Source: a virus. Taken from it: a stretch of 64,000 bases of DNA. Shown here one piece after another: positions 53,930 through 64,000 of this stretch. The translations under genes were made by a program, and so were the position numbers. Numbering within the stretch: the stretch's first letter is position 1; each line of letters opens with the position of its first letter. Under the pieces are notes generated by a model. The model saw only the letters and a program-made list of their open reading frames with translations, made no database searches and was not told the DNA's origin. The stretch covers positions 32,001 through 96,000 of the IMG/VR virus record IMGVR_UViG_3300020438_004021; one strand, given 5' to 3'.

Positions 53930-54832
53930 ATGAGTTTCAGTAGTATGAAAAAGTCTTCGGGAGACAACACGAAGCTGTTGGATGAATTGAGTAAGATTTC
54001 ATCTGGAGACAAGGCAAGTTATAAAGACGATAGATTCTGGAAGCCTGAACGAGACAAGTCCGATAACGGGTTTGCCGTAATTCGGTTCCTTCCTCCAGTA
54101 GAAGGTGAGGATTCACCTTGGGTTCGAATGTTCTCACATGGATTTAAGGGTCGAGGTGGTTGGTACATCGAGAATTGCCCAACTACAATCGGTCGCAAGT
54201 GTCCTTTGTGTGAGGCAAACAGCGAACTATGGAACAGTGGACTTGAGACCGATAAGGATGTAGCAAGAAACCGCAAGCGAAGACTTAACTACATCTCAAA
54301 TATTCTGGTGGTAAGTGACCCCAAGAATCCAGACAACGAAGGTAAGGTCTTCCTCTACAAGTTCGGCAAGAAGATTTTTGATAAGATTATGGAATCTCTT
54401 CAACCAGAATTTCAAGATGAAGAGGCGATTAACCCATTCGACTTCTGGAAGGGTGCTAACTTCAAGTTGAAGGTCCGTAAGGTAGCAGGATTCATCAACT
54501 ATGATAAGAGCGAATTTGACATTCAGTCTGAGATGTTCGATGGTGATGATGGGAAGCTGGAAGAATTGTGGAAGAGTCAGTACCCTCTTCAACCACTAGT
54601 AGCACCCGACCAGTTCAAGAGTTATGATGAACTGAAGGCACGTCTGATGCAGGTACTTGGTGGTGGTAACTCTAATATCGCTACCTCTGCTGATGAGGTC
54701 ACCAACGAAGATGTAAAGAAGGTCGCCGAAGAGCAGTTTGGTACTAATAAAGAAGAGACTGTTTCTTCTAGTGAACCAAAAGAAGAGACCGATGCACTAG
54801 CATACTTTGAGAAACTAGCACAAGAGGATTGA
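53930..54832 (+). CDS. gp32: T4 gp32-like single-stranded DNA-binding protein
   Basis: DDRFWK, AVIRFLP, WYIENCPTT, FGKKIFDKI, FDFWKGANFKLK, NYDKSEF, acidic tail. Confidence 0.95.
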   Translation: MSFSSMKKSSGDNTKLLDELSKISSGDKASYKDDRFWKPERDKSDNGFAVIRFLPPVEGEDSPWVRMFSHGFKGRGGWYIENCPTTIGRKCPLCEANSELWNSGLETDKDVARNRKRRLNYISNILVVSDPKNPDNEGKVFLYKFGKKIFDKIMESLQPEFQDEEAINPFDFWKGANFKLKVRKVAGFINYDKSEFDIQSEMFDGDDGKLEELWKSQYPLQPLVAPDQFKSYDELKARLMQVLGGGNSNIATSADEVTNEDVKKVAEEQFGTNKEETVSSSEPKEETDALAYFEKLAQED

Positions 54833-54862
54833 TTATTCTTTAGTATTTTGTTATGCCTCTTG

Positions 54863-54900
54863 TTGGGGGTGGGTACTTTGAAAAAGGTGTCCACCCCCAA
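54863..54900. terminator. Hairpin between convergent genes
   Basis: TTGGGGGTGGGTAC...GTGTCCACCCCCAA. Confidence 0.65.
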
Positions 54901-54908
54901 TGCTTATA

Positions 54909-56441
54909 TCAGGCGATAATTGGGAAGGGTTTGAGGAATGAAGGGTCTTGTAATACCATAGGTGGTGCTGTGAAGGTATTATTCTCGTTGTTAATGAAGG
55001 TGTTGACGCTATTTGAAGATGGAGCGGGTGGACCAACAAAACTTGGTTGGTTGGCATAACCTTGTGTAGCATCTGCTTTCTGTTGTTGATCTCTAAGGTC
55101 CGTCCCACTTTGGGCGGGTCTCCTAGCGGCTAGCATCGCTTCTCTTTCGGCCCTCATTGAATCTCTTGCTGCTTTTCTAAGTTGCCTTTCTTTCTCTCTT
55201 GCTTGCTTTCTAGCCTCCATCTCCTCTAGTTGTTGCTTCTCTAGATCAGCATCTTCTTTTTCCAATCTTGCTGTTCTCTCTTTTCTGATCCTTCTCAACT
55301 CATCCAGACCAGCCTGTTGTTCTGCAGCAAAATCGTCTCCTACTAAGAAGTCTCCTAGGGTGGTTGAGTTAATGTAGTTAGTAATTCCGACTTGAATTTC
55401 TGCTATTTTCTCTACTAAGAAATAACCGAAATCCATGAAGAGTCTACCGAACCCCTTGGCGAATCCTATTAATGTGTTCCCCACTGCAACACCCAGTTCA
55501 AATATTACTGAACCGATTGTCTTACCTAAGTCGACCACGAAATCCAGCATGTTCCCAATCAGACCTGACTCGCCTTCTCCAGAGAACCAGCTTATCACAC
55601 CGTCTATCATATCTCTGATTGCGTTAGGTAACGTGAACTGGAAGAAGAATGATAGATTATCTCCAAGGATTCCTATATAGTAGGGTACATTGGTGGCAAT
55701 CCAGTCTATCGCCATTCCACCATACTCAACTATGCCGTTTAAGATTCTACTCATATTCTCTTGGAATCCAGCCCTTATGTCAATCAGACCAAATGTAAGA
55801 GAAGAGACGAAACCGTCTAAGAATGCTAGAAGTACTTCAGATATAGTACCTCCTGACTCATATTCACGGAAGGCTGCTATTCCACCCTCGATTGCACCTA
55901 TTAGTAGTGTCAGAGGGAAGAATACCTTACCAAATATCTTGCCAACGGTCTTGAACACACCCAACACTTTGCCAAATATTGGGAATACAGCAGTTAATCC
56001 TGCTACCAGTTTACCAGGTCCCTTTATTATCTTACCTATGAAACCAAATATCTGACTGAATACAGGAATCTTATTGCCTATCTGCGTGATTAGACCAATC
56101 ACTTTAGCAATACCAGGAACCTTCATGAATGCACCTATCGCTGGACCCACGAATCCGGCAATTAGTGCTGCACCCATTGCAGGCAGTGCTAGCAGTGCGG
56201 CTGCTATCCCCTTAGCAAGTGTGCTCGGTTTCACTTTCATCATACTCTTAGGGGCAGACAAGATACCTGTCATCTTGGAAAAGAGACTGGAGAAGAAAGC
56301 ATTTTGCTCTCTTTGATTTTCTTTGTCTTTGAGCTTATCTTCTTTGCCTTGTTCCTTAATGGCATCTGTTACCTCGGCGTTCCCTTTTTGGATCGCCCAA
56401 GCAAGTTTCATTACTTCTGATTTTAAGCCTTTTTCTGCCAT
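54909..56441 (-). CDS. Tape-measure/gp29-like baseplate hub protein
   Basis: Gly/aromatic amphipathic helices, charged coiled coil, N-rich C-terminus; position after gp26/gp51. Confidence 0.65.
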   Translation of the reverse strand: MAEKGLKSEVMKLAWAIQKGNAEVTDAIKEQGKEDKLKDKENQREQNAFFSSLFSKMTGILSAPKSMMKVKPSTLAKGIAAALLALPAMGAALIAGFVGPAIGAFMKVPGIAKVIGLITQIGNKIPVFSQIFGFIGKIIKGPGKLVAGLTAVFPIFGKVLGVFKTVGKIFGKVFFPLTLLIGAIEGGIAAFREYESGGTISEVLLAFLDGFVSSLTFGLIDIRAGFQENMSRILNGIVEYGGMAIDWIATNVPYYIGILGDNLSFFFQFTLPNAIRDMIDGVISWFSGEGESGLIGNMLDFVVDLGKTIGSVIFELGVAVGNTLIGFAKGFGRLFMDFGYFLVEKIAEIQVGITNYINSTTLGDFLVGDDFAAEQQAGLDELRRIRKERTARLEKEDADLEKQQLEEMEARKQAREKERQLRKAARDSMRAEREAMLAARRPAQSGTDLRDQQQKADATQGYANQPSFVGPPAPSSNSVNTFINNENNTFTAPPMVLQDPSFLKPFPIIA

Positions 56442-56442
56442 T

Positions 56443-56580
56443 TTACATTCCTATTTTGCTTTTCGCTAATCTCTCGTTTTCCTCTTGGATATGATTGCTC
56501 AATAAAGTTATATATATTTGTCTTTCCCAAGGTATCATATTTTCTATCTCTGTAATAGAATACTTATGATGTTGTGCCAT
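56443..56580 (-). CDS. gp51: gp51-like baseplate hub assembly chaperone (probably the C-terminal part of a frameshift product)
   Basis: MAQHHKYSITEIENMIPWERQIYITLL; frame stays open upstream to the gp26 slippery site. Confidence 0.75.
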   Translation of the reverse strand: MAQHHKYSITEIENMIPWERQIYITLLSNHIQEENERLAKSKIGM

Positions 56581-56627
56581 TGCAAAATTGGTCTGATAGA
56601 ACCCTATCAAGGTGTCATGGAAAAGAC

Positions 56628-57338
56628 TTACACGAAAAAATCCTGAATCGACTCCAACACCAACTCATTTCTGGTATCGCATTTACCACAAGTAAATGAT
56701 GCGTCATGCTTCATTGAAGGCATGGTCTCGAAGAATTTCTGAATCTTCAAAAATTGGTCTTGATTAAGACTTTCAACGAATTCATTTAAGTCTGAGTCTG
56801 AATAATCTTTCGCATTATATACTTTATCGGAGTCATATATCTTATCGATGCAAGAGTTTACCAACCTAACGGGGTCTTTTGTTATGACTTCTCTGGTGGA
56901 TTCATCAATAGTCATTCCGAAGGTAGGATATTTCATAACCACACCTATTTCTTCCGTAAGTTGTATCTTGCTGTCATGATCATCTACCATGTTCATTTTG
57001 ACACTTTCTATGTCTATATTCAGGGTATAATCATTTTTGCAATTCTTACATGGCATCACTACCTTGATGGTCTCACCTATAGACTTAGCCCTAAGGTTGA
57101 GGAATAGGTATTCTACATCAAAAGTGGGTAGGTCTTTAACCCTAGTACCATCTCTGAAGTCTACACAGTCTTCTAATATGCTACTAATCGCATTGGTCAT
57201 CTGACTTTCATTGCCAGACTCCACTGCCATCAGCAGGATTTTCTCTTCTTTCACCAGAAACGGTCTATACTTTACTTCCATATTATTAGATGGTAGTTTC
57301 AAAGTATATTCTGGTGTTGCTAGTTTAGGTAATGCCAT
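56628..57338 (-). CDS. gp26: gp26-like baseplate hub subunit/chaperone
   Basis: MALPKLATPEY, YRPFLVKEEKILLMA, FDVEYLFLNLRAKSIGE, KFFETMP, ends QDFFV. Confidence 0.88.
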   Translation of the reverse strand: MALPKLATPEYTLKLPSNNMEVKYRPFLVKEEKILLMAVESGNESQMTNAISSILEDCVDFRDGTRVKDLPTFDVEYLFLNLRAKSIGETIKVVMPCKNCKNDYTLNIDIESVKMNMVDDHDSKIQLTEEIGVVMKYPTFGMTIDESTREVITKDPVRLVNSCIDKIYDSDKVYNAKDYSDSDLNEFVESLNQDQFLKIQKFFETMPSMKHDASFTCGKCDTRNELVLESIQDFFV

Positions 57339-57364
57339 TCAATTCATCTCCTTATAATAAATCA

Positions 57365-58120
57365 TCACGAGAACCAATTACTGAAGTTGCCAAGATTCAC
57401 CTTGGTAACCTTCTTATTCACCACTGCTCCAGCGTCTGCGAATCTCTCTATGACCTGAGAGTAGTTAAACGGATTTCCATATTTTCCACCCAATATTCCG
57501 ACATCATTTATGAGAGAGCCTGCGCTGTCATCAAATTCTCTCACCGCATCTATGTCATATAAGAACTCTTCTGCAACTGCCAAACCGAAGTTTACAATCG
57601 TGGGCACATACCTTCTGAATGAGAGTGTCATTGTCTGTTGGGCAACTTCGTTGCCCCCCTGATTGGTGAACTCCACTTCTGATACTGCTTTAGGGAACAC
57701 TTCTTCTAGTCGTATCCTATATATCGGCATGTCGAATTCGTTGAGAACGTACATGAACATGTCACAGGTATAATCTTTGTAATATCCTAGCCTCCCAGTT
57801 ATTGGGTCGACTATTGTATCTTGCCAAGTTTCAAATATTCTTCTTTCCCATAAGTCCTTAGCGAGGTAGAAAGATAAGTTCACCTCACCCGAATATAGCG
57901 GTTCATAGGGAATCTCCCTTTGGGGACCGGATGAGTTCCTGTCTGGTGTAGTTGCTATCGATCTACCCGGCAAGGTCATCGAAGTACACATTAGACTCAG
58001 CCTGTTTCCTAGTGCTAAGTCAGCAATACCTAATATACCCGAGAATTCTATTAGATACTTGTTAGGTGCAAAAACACCGAACTTTTTAATATTTGCTATC
58101 ATTCTGTCTATTCTTGGCAT
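57365..58120 (-). CDS. gp54: gp54-like baseplate tail-tube initiator
   Basis: PNKY, LPGRSIAT, FETWQD, YYKDY, EVFPKAV; minus-strand TATAAATA at 58134-58141. Confidence 0.75.
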   Translation of the reverse strand: MPRIDRMIANIKKFGVFAPNKYLIEFSGILGIADLALGNRLSLMCTSMTLPGRSIATTPDRNSSGPQREIPYEPLYSGEVNLSFYLAKDLWERRIFETWQDTIVDPITGRLGYYKDYTCDMFMYVLNEFDMPIYRIRLEEVFPKAVSEVEFTNQGGNEVAQQTMTLSFRRYVPTIVNFGLAVAEEFLYDIDAVREFDDSAGSLINDVGILGGKYGNPFNYSQVIERFADAGAVVNKKVTKVNLGNFSNWFS

Positions 58121-58136
58121 ATCTACCTCTTTTTAT

Positions 58137-58748
58137 TTATATTTTATTTATACTGTCTACCCATACTTTAGTGTCACTAGCACCCACAAAAGATTCTGTT
58201 GGAAGATAAATTGCGGTGGTCCAGTCCGAAGGATTTATGAAAAGCATGTTAGATACTACTCTCTTCCTAAGGTATCTCTTGTAGCATGGTTTGAACCATT
58301 TGAATCTTCTACCTCTGATTAGAATATCATAGGTTACCTTAAATCTGGTGGTCTCATCATATCTATCGTTGTTAGTTATGTCTAAGAGTCTGATTAACAA
58401 CTGCTGCCTGGCAACGTGAGGAAGATAATGCAGGTTGAGGCCATGAATGTATTTTCTGTCCCAGCCTAAAGTTATGACTAGAGGTAGTCTGTCGTAATAA
58501 GGCAGTGTGTTCTTTCCCTTGGGGCTATATGCGAACATATACATCTTGCCAGATTTCCTAGTGGCAGGACCTTCCATTTCACCAAATTCTTTGATACCAA
58601 CTTTACTTTTACCGAAGAGTTCCCCAACTTTATCCCTATACCACTGCCAGGACGACTTCTGTTGGGGGTCTGCTCCTTGGGAAGGCCTTTTATTATCTAA
58701 TAATGCTAGCGATGTTATCCTAGAAATGGGCGATGGTTTCTTTGCCAT
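58137..58748 (-). CDS. gp2: gp2-like DNA end protector
   Basis: GKMYMFAYSPK..LPYYDRLPL, GLNLHYLP, KPCYKRYL, W..AIYLPTESF. Confidence 0.92.
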   Translation of the reverse strand: MAKKPSPISRITSLALLDNKRPSQGADPQQKSSWQWYRDKVGELFGKSKVGIKEFGEMEGPATRKSGKMYMFAYSPKGKNTLPYYDRLPLVITLGWDRKYIHGLNLHYLPHVARQQLLIRLLDITNNDRYDETTRFKVTYDILIRGRRFKWFKPCYKRYLRKRVVSNMLFINPSDWTTAIYLPTESFVGASDTKVWVDSINKI

Positions 58749-59200
58749 TACTTTTTATTTCCCCTCTTGTAAAGGTGGTCTTCTGTCAGTATTTTGAAGT
58801 TCCATCCTTTATTCTCTGCGAATTCTCTAGCCGCTTCCCACTTAGCGGAGTTTACACCCCACCTCATCACTTCGTTGAAATACCTTCTAGTCTTCCTATT
58901 GCCTTTTTTATTCGGTTCCTTACATTGTGCCTTAGGTTTCACCTCTATTAGTGTAACCTCTTTGAAACCTCTCTTGTTTATCGTCTCTACGATGAAATCC
59001 ACATAGTATCTGTGCATCTTATTGTCTTTTGGGGACATATAGGGTATTACCACCTCTTCCGAACCCCAAGAGAGTACAGAATCGTTGTCATCGCAGAATA
59101 CCATGAATCTTCTCTCCCACAGAGAACGATAGATGACCTTGGTCGGGTCTCCTAAATATTTTTTGGGATTCTTCGGTTTGTACTTTCCCTTGTAAGCCAT
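58748..59200 (-). CDS. gp4: gp4-like head completion nuclease
   Basis: YKGKYKPKNPKKY.GDP, YRSLWE, WGSEE, HRYYVDF, IEVKP, NSAKWEAA. Confidence 0.93.
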   Translation of the reverse strand: MAYKGKYKPKNPKKYLGDPTKVIYRSLWERRFMVFCDDNDSVLSWGSEEVVIPYMSPKDNKMHRYYVDFIVETINKRGFKEVTLIEVKPKAQCKEPNKKGNRKTRRYFNEVMRWGVNSAKWEAAREFAENKGWNFKILTEDHLYKRGNKK

Positions 59201-59260
59201 CCCTGTGTAACCTTTATATATAATTATGTATAATTGTCAATAAATATTGGGGAGATAAAA

Positions 59261-60553
59261 ATGTCCGAAACACCAGTAGGAGCAGTTGGTCCGATAAATG
59301 ACGGGGCCGACAGTTCTTCGAACTCAAGAATAGAGAACTTTGTTAACAACATGGGGGATGCAGCCTTCTTTGATGCTTTCCAAAGTTCTGGTAACCTCCA
59401 TAACTTAAAAGGTAACCAAGGAACTAGGATAGTATTCCCAGAGACTATGCATAATGACCCGCAGTTTGGTCATATCATTCATTTTGATATCTTCTACAAG
59501 AAAAGTCCGAAGATGGAAGACGTTACAAATGGTATTAAGAACCTGTTCTCCACCGTAAAGAATAACCTATCTGGTGTGGCAGATGGTGTAGGCAGTGGTC
59601 AAGATATCGGGGAGATTGCCAGTGGTGCTTTACCCGGCGGTGATGCCGTCTCCAACGAGGCAAACAATTTCATCAGTAATGGTTCTGTCAACGATCAGAC
59701 TGATGGTCTGATTGGTGGGTTGCTCCAAGGAGTGCTCGCTAGCACTCTAGGTGGATTCAGTGACATTTTCGGTGGTGGTGGACAGGGATTTGCATTTGAT
59801 ACCAGCGATTTCGGTGCTTTGGGTTCGGTGATATCGAATGACCCGGTGACCCAAGACACCAGACTTGGAAAGGCTACCGAAGAATCTCTAGACAAAATCA
59901 CCTTATATATGCCCAGAGGTTTAAAAAATGTCGACACCCTAAACTATACTGATGTAGATTTTGCACTTATAAAAGGTGCACTAGAGGGAAACTTGGCAGC
60001 ACTACTGCCCGGTATGTCAACCAAAGCTGCTGACTTTGTAGATGGATTAGCAGAAATTGCTGGGACAGAACTAAACACTGGAGAGGCAATCCAAGCGGTC
60101 ACCGGTGCTGTTAGAAATCCTAGGAAAGAGCAATTGTTTGAGAGTGTAGGATTCAGGACTTTCGATTTTACTTTCAACTTGTTCCCTAAATCGGAAAAAG
60201 AGTCGCATGATTTGATGGAGATGGTAAAACTATTCAGATTCCACGCACACCCAGAAATAGTGCCCAATCAGGCATTTTATAACTTTCCATCAGAATTCCA
60301 AATCACATACATCGACCTCAGTTATAGAAATAACAATCCGTTCATTAATGGTCAAGTGGATGGAGTGGTTGCCAAAGAGAACCAGTGGTTGACTAAGGTG
60401 GGGAGATGTGCACTAACTAATATCGCAGTGGATTATTTCCCACAAGACAGCATGTCTACATTCGGTGATGGTGCACCCACTTCCATCAATCTGACTCTGA
60501 CCTTCACAGAGATGCAAACAATCAGCAGAAATCATGTCAAACAAGGATATTGA
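59261..60553 (+). CDS. gp48: gp48-like baseplate tail-tube cap
   Basis: ITLYMP, NPRKEQLFESVGFRTFDFTF..FPKSEKE, CALTNIAVDY, LTLTFTE. Confidence 0.85.
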   Translation: MSETPVGAVGPINDGADSSSNSRIENFVNNMGDAAFFDAFQSSGNLHNLKGNQGTRIVFPETMHNDPQFGHIIHFDIFYKKSPKMEDVTNGIKNLFSTVKNNLSGVADGVGSGQDIGEIASGALPGGDAVSNEANNFISNGSVNDQTDGLIGGLLQGVLASTLGGFSDIFGGGGQGFAFDTSDFGALGSVISNDPVTQDTRLGKATEESLDKITLYMPRGLKNVDTLNYTDVDFALIKGALEGNLAALLPGMSTKAADFVDGLAEIAGTELNTGEAIQAVTGAVRNPRKEQLFESVGFRTFDFTFNLFPKSEKESHDLMEMVKLFRFHAHPEIVPNQAFYNFPSEFQITYIDLSYRNNNPFINGQVDGVVAKENQWLTKVGRCALTNIAVDYFPQDSMSTFGDGAPTSINLTLTFTEMQTISRNHVKQGY

Positions 60554-60556
60554 TAA

Positions 60557-61471
60557 ATGTCATATTTCAAAAGATTCCCTAGAATTAAATACTCGTTTGA
60601 CAGTGGAAAGACTAATAAAATCGCTGTAGACATCCTAAGAAGAATAGGATTTAGAGACGAAGCACAAAAAGAGAAGGGACTCCTGATTGACTATATTGTC
60701 AAAGACGGAGATACCCCAGAGAATCTCGCTGACAAAATGTATGGTGACCCAGAATTCCACTGGGTGATATTGCTTTTCAATAATATTATCAATCCATATC
60801 ACGACTGGCCCTTATCTACTAGAAAATTTGAGTCTTTCATTAAAAAGAGGTATCCTGGACAGGCATTCTTCCTGGTAGGAGATGGCGACGAGCAGTTTCC
60901 TAGTTTCAACTTCAATAGGAATGAGACTCTGCTGACAATCACCGGCAACACATTTGATGATGTGTCAAATGTGTCATACGGTTCAACCAACGCAGCCCTA
61001 ATACACAAGTGGGATAAAAATCTTGCCAAGTTAGAACTTACTGGGGTATCTGGTGACTACTCTACCGGAGATTTTGTAGTAGTAATAGGAACTTCTGGAG
61101 ATGGAAGTACATTCAACAAGACTGCTAGGATTAACAAGATAGTGTCATTAAATTATGAATCAGTGCACCACTTCGAGAATCCAATCGACCAGACGATACT
61201 GAATGCATTTGGAGCACCCCCAACCGGAGGCACTGGAGAGCAAAAGGTATTGGGTTCTACTGGCAATTACGACGGTGGAACTACATTGGGTATATCTTGG
61301 GAGAATACCATATTACAGAACTATATCGTGGACGCAGATAGTACCTACGTTAAGACTAATCAAGATTTTGAGAACGAAGAGAACGAGAAGAAGAGGAGTA
61401 TTAAACTTCTAAGACCAGAATTTCTGCAGAGAGTCGTAGAAGAATTTGACAAATTAGTCAGGGGTGTTTGA
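60557..61471 (+). CDS. gp53: gp53-like baseplate wedge protein
   Basis: YFKRFP, DGDTPENLADKMYGD..FHWVILLFN, WPLS, ENEKKRSIKLLRP. Confidence 0.9.
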   Translation: MSYFKRFPRIKYSFDSGKTNKIAVDILRRIGFRDEAQKEKGLLIDYIVKDGDTPENLADKMYGDPEFHWVILLFNNIINPYHDWPLSTRKFESFIKKRYPGQAFFLVGDGDEQFPSFNFNRNETLLTITGNTFDDVSNVSYGSTNAALIHKWDKNLAKLELTGVSGDYSTGDFVVVIGTSGDGSTFNKTARINKIVSLNYESVHHFENPIDQTILNAFGAPPTGGTGEQKVLGSTGNYDGGTTLGISWENTILQNYIVDADSTYVKTNQDFENEENEKKRSIKLLRPEFLQRVVEEFDKLVRGV

Positions 61472-62898
61472 TGAGCGTTCCAGAGATAGACAAGTACAAG
61501 AGACTGAATGACGTAGACGTGTCTAGGGTAGATTTGATATCAGACTCTGGTGGTGTTCTAGACATTAAAGATTTATGCACACACGTTACCATCTATGAAG
61601 ATATGTTCTCACCTACTGGGTTTATGTCTGGGTATATTTACATGTCAGATGCTGTTAACCTCAAATCTCACTTCCCCATAAGTGGACATGAGACCATTCA
61701 CCTTGTTTATAGAACGCCCGGCATGGATGCCGAATATTTAGATCTAAAATTTGATGTCTACTCTATGACTGATAGAACCAAGTCTACTAACGAGAGAAAT
61801 GAGATGTATAGACTGAATTTCATCTCAAAGAAGCATAGAATTAACTGCCAACAGAGGATAAGTAAGAAGTATAAAGGTTTCATATCTGATATAGTGAGAC
61901 TCATCATTGAAGACTATTTTCCGGAAGACACCAAATATTTAATCGAACCCACTCAGGAAGAAATCGATGTGGTAATCCCCAATCTTAAACCTGTTGAGGC
62001 GATTAAATGGTTGGCATCTATGTGCAAGACCAAGCAAGGTCAAAACAACCCTAATTACGTATTTTTCGAGTCTTTTGACCGTCTCAATTTCGTGTCGATG
62101 GGTTCTATGTCAAAAGCACCTGTTAGCAGGCAATACAGCATGTCCCCGACAGGAGTTAGAACTGATGATTTCAAAGACATCTTTAAACAATTCTTGAATG
62201 TACAAGACTTCGCGATATCTAGAGAGTTCAACAGGCATGAAGAATTCGAGGCTGGGTTATTTACTTCCCGACTCTACACTCACGATATAACTACTAAGGA
62301 GTGGGGCATTAAGGTATATAACTACATGTCTGGTTTCTTGAATGACGACCATCTAGAGGAAAATCCGATTGTGCCAAAGGCTAGCAAGTATCTTCTGTCA
62401 ACCAACGGTCCAAGTTATTTCAGACCCAAGCAAAAATTTGGGAACTCCCAACCTTTGGTAGTAGGTGGTGACTCTGCCTCCGAGTGGGAAGGTAAATTAG
62501 AAGAAGGTGAATCTTTCATTCCTAACCAGAACAAACCAGAAGAACATTTCCTTCAGAGGAAATCATCTGTGGGTTCATACAATAATAGGGTGATAAAGGT
62601 AAGAGTAGCGGGAGATTCTAGACTGAGGGCTGGTACGGTCTCAGGAATAAAGATACCGTCCAATGAGCCTCTTGATGATGCAGCCGACAATTGGTTCGAT
62701 AAGTACACTAGTGGCAGGCATATAATTTCTAGGGTTAGACATTCTATTGATAATGTATCGGGTGGTGACTATACTTGTATGGTAGAACTTGCTAGCGACT
62801 CATTGGCAGAACAATACCCAGATAAGAAGACATTTTCTGGTAGTGATACGACCAATAAAGAAGAAGGTTTTGGAACGGAGCAATTAAATGATGGATGA
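61471..62898 (+). CDS. gp27-like baseplate hub protein
   Basis: IYEDMFS...SG...D, PISGHE, VIPNLKP..AIKWL, YVFFES, VAGDSRLRAG, SGRHIISRVRH; lies between gp53 and gp5. Confidence 0.75.
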   Translation: MSVPEIDKYKRLNDVDVSRVDLISDSGGVLDIKDLCTHVTIYEDMFSPTGFMSGYIYMSDAVNLKSHFPISGHETIHLVYRTPGMDAEYLDLKFDVYSMTDRTKSTNERNEMYRLNFISKKHRINCQQRISKKYKGFISDIVRLIIEDYFPEDTKYLIEPTQEEIDVVIPNLKPVEAIKWLASMCKTKQGQNNPNYVFFESFDRLNFVSMGSMSKAPVSRQYSMSPTGVRTDDFKDIFKQFLNVQDFAISREFNRHEEFEAGLFTSRLYTHDITTKEWGIKVYNYMSGFLNDDHLEENPIVPKASKYLLSTNGPSYFRPKQKFGNSQPLVVGGDSASEWEGKLEEGESFIPNQNKPEEHFLQRKSSVGSYNNRVIKVRVAGDSRLRAGTVSGIKIPSNEPLDDAADNWFDKYTSGRHIISRVRHSIDNVSGGDYTCMVELASDSLAEQYPDKKTFSGSDTTNKEEGFGTEQLNDG

Positions 62899-63841
62899 TA
62901 AACTGACCGCTGATATGGATTTTGTTTGGTTTCAAGGTGTCGTAGAAAACCGAGATGACCCTCTGCAATTGGGTAGATGTAAAGTCAGATGCTTGGGTTT
63001 TCACACACACAACAACACTCAACTGAAGACAGAAGAGTTGCCTTGGGCGCACCCATTGCAACCGATTACCTCTGCTGCTATGAGTGGAATCGGTCAGACA
63101 CCCACCGGTCCGGTTTTGGGTACTTGGGTGTTCGGATTTTTCAGGGATGGCAGGAGTGCACAACAACCAGTTATAGTAGGAACTATGGGTGGTATCCCCA
63201 CCGAAAGACCTCCCCAAGAAGTAGGATTCAGTGACCCAACAGGGGTCTACCCGAAAGAAGAGTATATTGGAGAGGCTGACACAAATAGACTAGCAAGAGG
63301 TGTTACTATGGACACCATCGTGCAGAAGAAGTTAGAAAATATAGACGAGATGGAGTTAGCAACAAGCATAGATGGGTCTGACACAGTTAGGGAACCTGAG
63401 ACTAAATATTCTGCTCAGTATCCACTAAATAAGGTAACCGAGTCAGAATCCGGTCACATAATTGAGATTGATGATACCGAAGGCGCAGAAAGAATTCATG
63501 TTTATCACAAGTCAGGTACTTTCCTAGAAGTACACCCAGGAGGAGATATTGTGGTTAAAATAGGTGGTGGTTCAGGAGGATTTTTGACTTTTGGGGCAAA
63601 AGATAGTAATATCAACCTTAAGGGTGATTTTAATATAACGGTAGAGGGAGATTCTAGCATCTACACCAAGGGAGATGCTACCGTTAAGACAGATGGTGAT
63701 TTTAAACATAACGTCACAAATGGAGACTACGAAGTGAATGTGAAAGGTGAAATTAGACTCAACGCAGGCGAGGGAGGGTCATCTATTAAGATGGATGGAA
63801 CTTCAATTAGGGAGAACTCTGGTAGCATATACCTGAACTGA
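62888..63841 (+). CDS. gp5: gp5-like baseplate hub/spike protein without lysozyme domain
   Basis: WFQGVVENRDDPLQLGRCKVRC, LPWA, WVFGFFRDG, YPLNKVTESESGH..EIDDT.GAERIH, beta-helix repeats. Confidence 0.9.
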   Translation: MMDDKLTADMDFVWFQGVVENRDDPLQLGRCKVRCLGFHTHNNTQLKTEELPWAHPLQPITSAAMSGIGQTPTGPVLGTWVFGFFRDGRSAQQPVIVGTMGGIPTERPPQEVGFSDPTGVYPKEEYIGEADTNRLARGVTMDTIVQKKLENIDEMELATSIDGSDTVREPETKYSAQYPLNKVTESESGHIIEIDDTEGAERIHVYHKSGTFLEVHPGGDIVVKIGGGSGGFLTFGAKDSNINLKGDFNITVEGDSSIYTKGDATVKTDGDFKHNVTNGDYEVNVKGEIRLNAGEGGSSIKMDGTSIRENSGSIYLN

Positions 63842-63844
63842 TTA

Positions 63845-64000
63845 TGGCAGATATTAACAAAATATTTAACTATCTGAAGAGGCAAGGTGTCAATCTGACA
63901 ACCGGAAGTGCACCTTTGTCTACGGGTAATCCGTCTTTTAAGAATTCTCTGCTTCTTTATGCGGATGAAAATGGAGAATTCCTAACACCACTAATGGTTA
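63845..64000 (+). CDS. Hypothetical protein (3' truncated)
   Basis: ATG 3 nt after the gp5 stop; open to the window end. Confidence 0.5.

Noticed and set aside
1-64000. Stop-codon reassignment, introns or inteins
   Set aside because: Core genes are full length in the standard code, end in all three stops, and show no insertions in nrdJ, gp41, gp61 or thyX

Overview
This is a 64-kb segment of a large T4-like (myovirus) phage genome. Core genes: gp41 helicase, gp61 primase, gp33, gp32 and the gp26/51/54/2/4/48/53/27/5 baseplate block, plus TATAAATA late promoters and a conserved TTGACA-N17-TCTAAT/TATAAT early promoter family. Auxiliary genes include glnA, thyX, nrdJ, guaB, an adenine/adenosine deaminase, pstS, a porin resembling those I recall from Phycisphaerales (Planctomycetota), Hsp20 and four tRNAs. 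The main findings are: (1) a PurZ-type (GSTGKG...NF) 2-aminoadenine synthesis gene coupled to an NMP kinase, in a genome that also has a coupled guaB-deaminase block, suggesting a Z-base system in a T4-like phage; (2) a ~600-bp non-coding island with four structured RNA candidates, including a circularly permuted tRNA mimic (YrlA-like topology) and an H-type pseudoknot; (3) an ~18-kb cluster of proteins with T4 IPII/IPIII-like capsid-targeting N-termini and apparent polyprotein architecture; (4) palindromic operator-like arrays shared by distant VWA and MoxR genes; (5) a likely -1 frameshift in the gp26/gp51 chaperone. All calls come from motif reading and manual folding; no searches were run.
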